Of a DNA stretch of 64,000 nucleotides, positions 53,743 to 64,000 are shown in pieces. The position numbers and the translations under genes are program-made. The stretch lies in the NCBI GenBank assembly GCA_002189035.1, contig NEEC01000020.1, positions 1,178,001 to 1,242,000 on the forward strand, in the 5' to 3' direction. This DNA is from Utricularia gibba (taxonomy: Eukaryota > Plantae > Magnoliophyta). The notes beneath the pieces are model-generated. The model had not been told where the DNA came from and ran no database searches. It saw only the letters and a list, made by a program, of their open reading frames with translations. Each line of letters starts with the position of its first letter. Position 1 is the first letter of the stretch.

Positions 53743-56700
53743 TTTTATTTTATTTATTTATTTATTTTTGAAGGTTCACCTTATCTTATAATTATCAGTC
53801 GAAAGATTACAAAAATTTCCTTAGCTTAGTCCCTATTAACTGATGCCCATTGGATCTTGAGGAGGAGTTCTTTCCATCGCCAAGATTGGGTCCCTCAACC
53901 AATCATGAATAGGGACCGTTTTGGGGTTTCCTCTTATTTGCACCCATGATAGTACTTCACTTTGTACAAGATATAGACTCTTGGCAGTCACTGCCGCTAT
54001 TCCCATGGGTTCGTCACATTGTTCATTGAAATGCTTCTTGTTGCGAAGTTGCCATATATGCCACATCATAGATGCAATTGTAGAACACCATGCTTGTTTG
54101 CCTGTCTCTGATTGAAGTGTGCTAGGGCAGAACGAGCACCATGTTGAGAGAGATATAACAAACCTATCGAGCCACCAGTCTAATATACATCTCCATAGAC
54201 ATTGAGCCAAGGTGCATGTAAACATGAGATGATCCATTGTTTTTAGTTCACATCAAGCATATGATTGCTTGTGCTCCTCTTGTCATCACATTGTCCCCTG
54301 TAGGCAACCTATTCATATTAGCTTGCCACAAAAAAATTTTGATTTTTAGTGAAACCATTCCCAAACAGTTGTGAATGGGTTCCATGAGCTTTGGGGTGAT
54401 CTTGGGCACACAATTTCCTTGGCGAGCTTTATTGTGAAAGCTTGTCTTTGTAGGTCGAACATAACAGTGTCCTTGCCGTCTCCTTGGGATATACAGCTTC
54501 GTCTCCCTTCCGTGAGGTGATCTGTTACCGTATTGACAAAAATGAAGCTCAGCTATGATTCTTGTTGTATAGTTTGGAACCAGAGTGGCATGGCAATTTG
54601 GAGGAGCTCCTGTTCTGCTGAGCTGAGGAAGGACCTCGTGGGAATGCCATAACCATAGAAATCCATAAAAGCATTCTTTAGGGTGCATCCAAGTGAACCC
54701 CCAACAATCTTCCCAAAAGTGAATTTGAGTTCCATTCCTTGGTTGATGTTTGAAACTATATGAGATATCCACCAAAGGAAAGCTTTGCTTAATCCTAGCT
54801 TGTATTCTTGTGATGCGGCCCCAAGTGGTGTTTCGCAGACGAGGGCCTAGTGAAAGTATCAAGGCCGCCACCTGCTCCATATATAGACTCAATGACTTGT
54901 TTCCACAATCCTCCATGCTCTATCTTATATTGCCACCACCATTTGATCAATAGAGCTAGATTAGACACCTCCAAGCTTCCAATATTGAGACCCCCTTCCT
55001 CATAAGGTTTGAGTGTTTCCCAACTGATCCAAGCAATCTTCCTATTTGTCGCCGATGGTCCACCTAAAAAAAGTGCATCGGCATCCTCTCCAATTTAGTC
55101 ATCACTATTTTGGGAACCTGAAAAAGTGAAAGATGGTACATGGGTAGACTCCTCAATATTGCTTTACACATGGTGAGGCATCCTCCCTTAGACATCAATT
55201 TTGATGCCCATGAGTCGAAACAAAGATTGACTTTGCATGTTAGCGCACCCATGACTTTGTTTTCCACATATCTGCCCCTATAGGGAGACTGAGGTAGTCT
55301 AGTGACCAGTCACTCACACCACATCCTAATCGACTTGCCATTTGTGTGATGGATGTCTGGCTTACATTGATCCCTAGAACTTTAGTCTTGTGTAAATTGA
55401 CCTGCAAACCTGAGAGGAAATGGAAAACATTAAGCAAAGAGAGTAAATTGAGCAGGTTTTGATCATCCTATTTAGAGAATATTAAAGTGTCATCCGCATA
55501 TTGTAAATGGGAAATGTGAACTCTACCTTGTCCCACCCTGACCCCTTTAATTAACTATAAATCACGGGCTCTACAGAGCATGTAGCTCAACCCTTCAGCC
55601 ACTATCAGAAAGAGATATGGAGATAGAGGGTCCCCTTGTCGTGAACCATGCTCCGAATAGAGTGGGGTTGAGGCTGAGTCATTTACTAAGATTGATAGGG
55701 ACGTCGTAGTTACACATGCCTTGATCTACCTAATTCATCTTTCTCCAAAACCCTATAATCTCATCATCATAAACAAGAAATCCCAATCAATGCTATCATA
55801 AGCCTTCTGAAAATCAATTGTTATGGTTGCAACTTGTATCTTCTTGCATCTAGCGGCTGCCACAATTTCATCTACTGTGAGTATACTATTAAGAATGTTC
55901 TGCCCCTTTAAGAAAGCTGTCAGCTCCTCACTTATCACACATTGTATCACCTGTCGTAGTCTATTTGAGAGTAGCTTCGCTAGGATCTTATATTGGCTAG
56001 TAACTAGACTGATCGGCCTATATTCTCCAAAATGCTATGGACTCTTCTTTTAGGGGATAAGATTGATGAATGTAGCATTAGTCCCCACATCGAGATTTGC
56101 TCTCATCTCGAATCTACGTATCCATGAGACAACCTCCGGGCCAACTGTGTCCTAGAAGGTCACGAAAAATTCCGACATAAAGCCATCAAGGCTAGGGCAT
56201 TTGTCCTTCCCACAATCAACCAAAGCCTCCCAGATTTCTTCCTCTAGGAACGACTATTCTAAGATTGCATTCTCAATGGGTTAGAGTTGAAGCATGTCTG
56301 CCCAGTCTACTTCATAGCACTATGAAGAGGCTTTGCAGAATGCTACTCAAAAATAATTTGACGCTTTGATCTTCATACGAGTGAATTCAAAGATCTATTC
56401 ACCAGTGAACATAAAGCCTCGACATCTATTTCAATTGCACTAGTATACCATGGGTTGGAGAAAAAACTTGATGTTCTTGTCCCCTACTTTTAGCCACTGA
56501 TTGTAGGGTCGCACTTGACAGTGCACGTCATACTCTCAACTCTTGTCCAGCCATTGAGATTGAAGTGCAACCCCCATCCTCAGCTCCTCGTCGGTTAAAA
56601 GATGATCCTTTGTGTCGTGTTCCCATTTCTCTGCCTCTGTGGTCAGCAGGTTCAATTCGCACTCTGTGTGGTTGCCGTGGGTTGCATTCCATACCTTGAG

Positions 56701-58560
56701 TTCAATTTTCTCTCGGGTGGTATGAGAGCCATACACATTTATAAGCTGAATTTCGAAAGGGTTGATAGAGCCTATTTTTACTCTTAAGATGATAACTTTC
56801 TCATATACTACGGAATCTACTACCTCAATGGTCTCTTCATTCTAGATGCATGCCTAACCACCCGAGCATCCGTGAGCAAGGCTACAAAAATAACCACAGT
56901 TAGAAGACCCCCAAATACTCCTTAGAGAACACAATGTTGGCTTTTTGCTCCATCAGGTGTTGTCGAAGAGCCCATATCTTTCTAGTGCTTTTGATACCCT
57001 GGATATTCACATTGACTACGGTCGTCATGGATAGATTGGTGCATCCCTAACATCACCGTGGTGGAAAGTAATGCCAAGATGTCCAGCCAAGAATATTGCC
57101 TCCTCTTCTTGTGGTCGACTATTCTCCCTTGATAATTTAGACTACTCCATTGATTCAATACGATTTTGTTCAGGCTTGTTAAGAATTCTGATGTTTCAAA
57201 GCTTCTCTTGGAATCTTGCGATTGACCCATCACTCTTGAAAGATGTTTGTACCTTGGGCTCAAGATGCTCCATATGTAGGTGGAAATCCTAGTCGGGCTG
57301 CCCATTAGCTCCTACTTTGATGTCCTTTGATTCAGCGTCACTTTCTAAAACGTAGTCATCTGTGGCACTCTAATCCACAACGTTGCTTCCCATTGTCTGC
57401 ATGTCACAAGTCAGGTGTGAGTCATCCATCTCAGAGACCCATATTTGTCGGTTTTCGCCTTTCCATTCAATCCAGCAAAGGTCACAGATCTCTCTCATTA
57501 CTTTAGTGCATACCAGAACACTCAAGAAATTGATCTAGCGGCAGTTTTGTGTGGCTTCCTCAATTGCAATTACTGTCCCCCATTCCTATGCTATAAATTT
57601 TCTTTCAACCACACCTCTAGCAGTATTCAATGAATCTTCAACCATGTATAACGATTTTGCACCTCAAATGATTCAATGCACTTAATCCAATAAAAATGTT
57701 CTGTGAACCATTGATTATTTGCTAAAATGGCTCTTTGCATTTGGTCTGAGTCCCTAAATTCCAACAAGAAATGAGGGCCTTCCATACTCAACACTCATAT
57801 TCCCTGAAAACCTGCCTCTACTAGCATGATTCTGAGAGTAAAGGTTTTGTAGAGTTCTTTAACCTCGCCAACAATGCTTCTTGCTGCCCAAGTCTTGGCT
57901 TATAATGCTTCCACTAGAGGGATATGAGTCTATCTTGGGTCTCATTTTTCCTTTAGTTGGCGGTATTGATTAGTCTCAGTGCTTGCGACCTCAGCCCATG
58001 TACTCTGCCCCATTTGACTAGTTGAGGTGCGGAATCCCTCCACATCAACAAAGATTGAGCCTCCTGAGGGCGAGGCACTCTTGTCTCAGCCCCCTCGTGC
58101 GGTATGTTGTCTCTCTCTGACCAATACCGACGCACAACTAAATGGCAATCGCCCATAGATGTTGTCTCCCTAATGCAATCTTCCAGCGGTTGAGCCTCTC
58201 CTTGTTTGCTGAGCCTCAAGAATCCAAAGTGCTTCCAGTTCCTGCCCAAACGAGAGCTTACATACACGTCTACCAATGTCCCACATTCAGCAAAGTAGTG
58301 ACGGAGCTTTGCTATCCTCTAGTTATCCGAAAACATGGTAACAAAGAAAGTGTGGCAGATGTAAGCTAATGCCTTCCAATAGGGTTCGAGTGTCCTATTT
58401 CTACCCTCCCAAGGTCTCGCCACAATGAGACCCCTTCTGGATCCAGCCATCGAAAGGCACGCAGTGGTCTCGATGCAAATCCGATGGATTTGAAAGCCTA
58501 CAATGTGGGTTTCGCTCGCGTTCTCTCTCTCTAGACATCATATTCGCGACTCTCTCTACG
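53743..58560 (-). mobile_element. Near full-length L1-clade LINE with RRM-type ORF1, degenerate
   Basis: ORF1 starts MSRERERERN and has an RRM-like VDVYVSSRLGRNWKHFGFLR. ORF2 RT has IDFQKAYDSIDWDFL, RQGDPLSPYLF and LQYADDTLIF, followed by zf-RVT KIKIFLWQ...DHLMFTC and WHIWQLRNK. The (AAAT)n tail lies at 53743-53769. Confidence 0.92.
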
Positions 58561-58829
58561 ATAAATTCAACTGAAGTTGTATTTCTGGTCATATTTGGTA
58601 TTGAGAAGTAACTCATTAAATAACTCTACATCTCACATATGGCAAATATACCCTCTAAATAACTCTTTACTCACACTATGTTGAGGATTTAGTCATGATT
58701 TTCATTAACTAATTTATGAAACGATTCACTAGAAGGTCACTTAAAAAGGAAAAATAACTTAAAAAAAGTTTGAAACCCGATAAAACAAATAAAAATGAAA
58801 CATCCCAAAAATGTAAATGCAATCAAGGT

Positions 58830-60420
58830 GAGACTTAATTACCTCCCAAGGTTGTTCATGATTTAGGCTTTCTATCTACTTCTCCAACCTTTCAGCAATT
58901 TTTTCCAATTGGTTACCATGATAATATATCCACATTACAATCTCTCTTCACTACTGGTTGCTATTGACTGTATTGTTGTGGCTTCTCCAACAATTGGTAT
59001 AGCAAGAAGTTTCTTATACTCCTCTTTCTTCTGTTGAGGTATCAGAAATACATAATACATTTCTTTTCTTTGTATTATTCTTGTATTATTCTTGCAAATT
59101 CTCTCCTTTACTTTGTAGCATGGTGGCTAAAGATCTTCTTCCGATGGAGGCTCTTGATCTTCTTTTGATAGAAGCTCTTCCTAGGGGGGCATATCAATCA
59201 AGAAACTTATGAACCATTTGCTCCCATGTTGTAATAGAGGATGTTGGCAATTCATACAACCGCTCCAAGGGTCGCTAAGTGAGACTGAAAGAGAAGACCC
59301 GTAACTTGACTTGATTCTCTGTTGCACTTTTTGGGCGCATGAATACACAAACTGTGTGTAACTCTCTAAGATGGTGATTTGGGTCATCATTCTCTCTCCC
59401 AATGAACTTAGAAAGTGTCTGGAACAGATATAGGCGTAGCTTAAAATCCTCTTTCGTGTAAGATGATACAAAGTGATCTGTTAGCGTGATTGGCAGTGAT
59501 TTCTTCTTTAATGGTCCTTAGTGATGGGCCATGATTAGTGATTGGTAGAATTGAAAAAAATTGAAGATGTTGTTGCTTATGTTCTCCATGGACTAGGAGG
59601 ACTCCAATAGGTGGTTAAATAGTCATTTCTTCGCCAGTAAATAAATTTGAAGTCAATTCTCCATTTTTCGCTAGAAATATGCGCTCAATCTCCAAATATA
59701 ATGGACACACGGCTTCTCATTATGATCTCAAGCTTCGGTGGAGCTAAATGCATAAAAAAAATAGCAGCAAAACAAAAACAAGAAGAAAGAAAAAAAAAAG
59801 AAAAACTATACACAACGCTAAACACAAAAATACAAAACTCCCTAGCAAATGCAAAAATTTTGTTACATATGGTTTCCTTAACAAATTTTAATTTAGAAAA
59901 ATGTAAAACACAAAAAAGCGTAGTACGAGTGTCGATCTCATGGAGTTGAGTTTTGCAAAAAATGTTTTGTTATAAACTTTTATGAATTTTCATGGATTTG
60001 TAAAAGAGGGTTTTTGAAATACAAGAATAAAAGATACAATGCAAGTAATGGACCTTGATTAAGAAAGGTAGTTTTTGAGAAATAGATTATGTTTTCTCCT
60101 TTTGTCTATCTTTGTCTTGACTTTCACTGATTCTTTTCGAATAATTGGTTATAAGAGCAAGGAATAGCCTACTCTTCCTTATACTCTGATTGACAAGAAG
60201 GTACAAGAATAGCCTCATGTGATTCCTCTATGAACGATTTAGAGGACAAGAGGATTACCGTTGATTGCCTCAAATCCAAATTCTGCGTGTGTGCCCAGCA
60301 TTTTTCAATGACGAGTAGCGGGTATGAGGTCACTACCCGTACTACTCACGAATGTGACTGTGGAGAGAATTAATAAATCCTACTCCTTTGCTTTGGGATG
60401 GATGAGGAAGAGACGGTGGT
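58830..60420 (-). mobile_element. Gypsy (Tat/Athila-like) gag and LTR remnant
   Basis: ORF 59181-59471 (AYICSRHFLSSLGERMMTQ...SLSDPWSG) resembles a retrotransposon gag helix region. The adjacent non-coding 59900-60420 is LTR-like. Confidence 0.45.
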
Positions 60421-61214
60421 TTGAGGAAGATATATTCAATATGAGAGATTATTTAAAAGTTAAAAATGTAAATTAATCAAAAGATAAATATGTATATTGA
60501 TTTATATATATCTATATCAGTTTTTAGTTATTTTTATTTCTAGTGCATCAAACATGAAAATGCTTTAAAGCTAAGTAAATGTAAACCAATCAAATATCCC
60601 AAATAACTCTAATCTAATTTATTTCAATTCTACTACAAAATTGGCCCTTAGAGGATTGTATATATTTGAAAAATTGGAATGATGTGGCAAGAAGAAAAAA
60701 GAAACTACAAGATTAAGAATCAAATTGAAAAGAAGAATATGAGAAAATGTGAATAACATGAGATAATAAGAGTTTTTATTATGTTTTGATTTTTATTTTA
60801 AAAAATTTGTAATATTCATCAAAAGTAAGGGTAAATTAATGAAATTAGATGTATGATCCTCTTTTATATATTTTATGAAAATATTTATTTTATAAATATT
60901 ATGATTTTATTATTTAGTGTAATTTAATTTATAATTAAAAATAAGAAATTTTGTAAAAAATGTATATATTATTTTCAAATATTAAGTCGATCCAATATGT
61001 GAACTTGTTGACTCATTAGATTGTGATCGGGCCAGAAGTTGGGTTGGATTTAATTAAAAGTTATAGTATCAATTTATATATTGATCCAAACTATATCTTG
61101 ATCTGTAGATTAAATCCATCAGATTGATAAATCCGTGAGGCCTGGCCCGCAACCCATCTGGCCCAACCCACGCCCACCACTAGTCACGAATGATTGGTTC
61201 CTAACCAGGGGTTT

Positions 61215-61376
61215 TTGATTCTTTGGATTACGTTTCTTCGACCTTTCAAAAAGAAATTCCAAAGAGTGATTTCAAAACCCAAACCTCATATAGTGAAGTA
61301 GCAGTTGATTGTTTGGATTACGTTTCTTCTGCCTTTCAAAAAGAAATTGCCAAGGATGATTTCAAAAGCCAAACCT
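61215..61376 (+). repeat. Direct duplication with a 90-bp period upstream of FAD synthase
   Basis: TTGATTSTTTGGATTACGTTTCTTC..CCTTTCAAAAAGAAATT..CAA...TGATTTCAAAA.CCAAACCT occurs at 61215-61286 and 61305-61376. Confidence 0.85.
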
Positions 61377-61788
61377 TTCATTTTTTTTTGATCAGCAAAA
61401 AAACGCCAAACCTTTTATCACCTTGTAGCATCTTTGTATCGCAGGCTTCACCTTCATCTGTTCGGTCTTTCTCGGAAGCAGGTGGGGTTTCAGTTTTCAT
61501 TCGTTAGAAGAATGGCCCTCTTCTCTTTGTTAAACATTAGACTCTTGGGGAATTTGATTCAGTTTTTTTTTTATTAAAGAAAATTTTTAATACGCACTGT
61601 TTCACTGTTACGGGAATTGGATGTTAACCCTTCTTATGAAATCTACTATTTAAGCTGGTTGTCGTCTGCCTTTATTGTCAGTGGTCGAAAATTCCAGCGG
61701 ACTATACACCATTCAGACAATTTGTAACTTTTATGTTATGGTTGTTTGATTTCTTGTGGTGCTTGTGCAGAAAGTTGTATTGCCGAAG

Positions 61789-63964
61789 ATGGAGATCGAT
61801 AAAGCAATAAGGGGTACTGGTGATAAGAGATTGAAGACGAAGTATGAAAATGCCATCTATGTAATCCAAAGAGCTCTTGCTCTCTACTCGTATGCCTCAT
61901 TTTCCCTTTGAGCTTTGAATTTTAATTGTGGCATGTGTAGTTGTTTATTGAGATTCAAGACAAAATTTTGCTTTTTTAGTAAGATTATTCTCAGTTTGTG
62001 TTCTATGCATGACATCTCCATGGGCACGACCCAAGCCGTGTCTATCTAGATTTTGGAGCTGCAATTTTGGATCATATTAGATTTGGAGTGTGTCCAGGTT
62101 GTTGACTTTGATGACCGTAACTTCTTAAGTAGATTTAAGTTTATGAATTGAAGAATCTTGAGGAAAGAAGGTGTGCAGAGCAAGCGTATTTTATTTGCAT
62201 GCTATTTGCGTAATAGAGATATGATCATCACTGGATGATGTTGGGAAAAGGAGCTGAAACATAAAGTGCTGTAAAATTAACGGCATAAGAATCAGTTCTA
62301 GTTATTGGATATTGATGTGATATTAAGTGAGCGCTGCTTTTCACATCCAAGAAACGACTTGCATTATCTCGTTGTTGTGTTTCTATATTTATATGTTGGT
62401 TAATGCAACAGAGCGAGATCCTATAGCTTACATATCCAACATGTTTCATTGTCAGCTTTGAAGGACTTGCCCTCAGCTTCAATGGTGGAAAAGATTCAAC
62501 TGTGGGTTTTAACAGACGAATCCATTACCTGTTATAAATACGAGAAAAATAGAGAAAACTACTTCCACTTGTTTTTGTGCAGGTTCTGCTGCACCTTCTT
62601 CGTGCAGGCTATTATTTGCATTTCAGAGGAGAAATTCAGTTTCCAATGAACCCTGAGACTGATGCATTCCCAATACGGACAATTTACTTTGAGAGTCCAT
62701 CTGTTTTTCCCCAAATCAACTCTTTTGCTTATGACATGGCAACAACGTATGTTGAATTTTGGGATGGAATATCCATTTTATTGGCTTTCTCTTCACTATA
62801 GCATAACCATATTATGAGTGCCACTTTCTTTCTTAGTTACAAACTGAAATTGGAAGTCATTCATCAAGATTTGAAATCTGGATTGGAAGCTCATTTAAAA
62901 GAAAATCCAGTTAGAGCTATTTTTCTTGGAGTTCGTATTGGTGATCCAACTGCGGTATATATAAAATATATTCCTCTGTTTTCCTGTTTCATTATTTGAA
63001 TGGGTAAATCATGAATTATTAGAGACTTGCGGTTTGTCACTTTTCAGGTAGGGCAAGCGCAGTTCTCCCCAAGTTCTCCTGGTTGGCCACCTTTTATGAG
63101 GGTGAATCCCATCTTGGATTGGTCGTATAGGTTTGTATCTGTTGGAAATCATAGGAGTGGATTTTCTTATATGTCACCACCATCTCTTGTTATGCATTCT
63201 CAATTGGATTAGACTCTTACCTTCCTTTGTATGTAGGGACATATGGACATTTCTCTTAACGTGCAAGGTTCAGTACTGCAGACTTTATGATCAGGGGTAG
63301 CCATACTTTATGCTTAGATGCTCTGACTTTTTTCGTTTATATGGTTTTCGATCCTTTTGGTACCACTGCGGCCTCTGTTCTTTTGTATCACTGGGGTTTC
63401 TTTTTTTCATTGAAATTTGATCCGTTTCTTACTTGTCCAGTTGTTTAAAAAAACTGCAGATACACTTCCATTGGTAGCATCCATGATACTTCTCCGAATG
63501 ATCATCTATCTGATACAACAGAAAGCGGTAAAACATACTATAAGCCTGCATATTTGCTTCATGATGGAAGGTTTGAAAGAGCTGGAAGAATGAGAAACCT
63601 CAGTTCATCTATGTTGTCTGCTGTGAACAACGGTCTTAAGTGTGAGGATTCACAGGGTAAACGTGTCATGACAGCCTCGATCATCAGTGTTGGAGATGAA
63701 ATTTTGTAATCATTCTGTACTAATTATCTCTTTCTCAAAAATTTATTTTCAACAGAGTGAGGAATGCCTTCTATTTTTTTTTTCGAATTAAGGATCTGAA
63801 AATTCAGTTCAGTTTCCATAGTTCCTGGAATTTTTTTAAATGAATTTTCGTTGATTCCATAGCTCAGATCTGGCTCTGTTGACGATTATATGGGATCCAT
63901 GCTATGTAGAAAGCTTAATTCCATTGGTTGGACTGTCTCTCATCTTGCAGTTACTCAAAATGAG
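61789..63964 (+). CDS. FAD synthase (PAPS-reductase-like domain fused to a molybdopterin-binding domain); 5' part, gene continues past the window
   Basis: Exons 61789-61889 (MEIDKAIR...[11 protein letters not shown]), 62456-62501 ([11 protein letters not shown]-loop), 62583-62746, 62837-62954 ([11 protein letters not shown]), 63048-63130 ([16 protein letters not shown]), 63237-63296, 63460-63705 ([10 protein letters not shown]...[11 protein letters not shown]) and 63868-63964. All GT-AG and in frame. Confidence 0.93.
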
Positions 63965-64000
63965 GTGAATATGTGAAGCTTCCTTTCGATTTTAACATAA

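Noticed and set aside
58560-58600. TSD for the LINE (CATATTT on both sides)
   Set aside because: Only 7 AT-rich bases and offset from the apparent 5' end, so not distinguishable from chance.
61890-62455. Possible snoRNA in FAD synthase intron 1 (GGATGATG...CTGA)
   Set aside because: The boxes are only about 13 nt apart, too close for a C/D snoRNA, and there is no terminal stem.

Overview
A repeat-rich flowering-plant nuclear window with spliceosomal GT-AG genes. It holds five complete host genes: RACK1 (-), an oleosin (-), a miR172-targeted euAP2/TOE-type factor (-), a clade-D PP2C (+) and an NFD4/nodulin-like MFS transporter (+). It also holds the 5' part of a FAD synthase (+), which runs off the right edge. 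The spacers are filled with decayed transposons. There are two reconstructable three-level nests: hAT > MULE > Ale-type Copia at 1.6-10.6 kb, and Copia > Copia > Athila-like solo LTR at 29.4-37.3 kb. A second Copia, a near full-length RRM-type L1 LINE, and Athila/Tat, Harbinger and MITE remnants are also present, plus gene relics (PWP1 3' exons with introns, an F-box-associated domain). The most unusual signals are two different Copia families primed by tRNA-Trp rather than tRNA-iMet, one of which has a non-canonical TG...TT LTR end backed by a 5-bp TSD. Overlapping uORFs on PP2C-D and AP2, and an unexplained decayed VAxQSP peptide-repeat block beside the oleosin, also stand out. I found no convincing wholly new multi-gene system. 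All calls were made by eye without database searches, and TE boundaries without a TSD are approximate.
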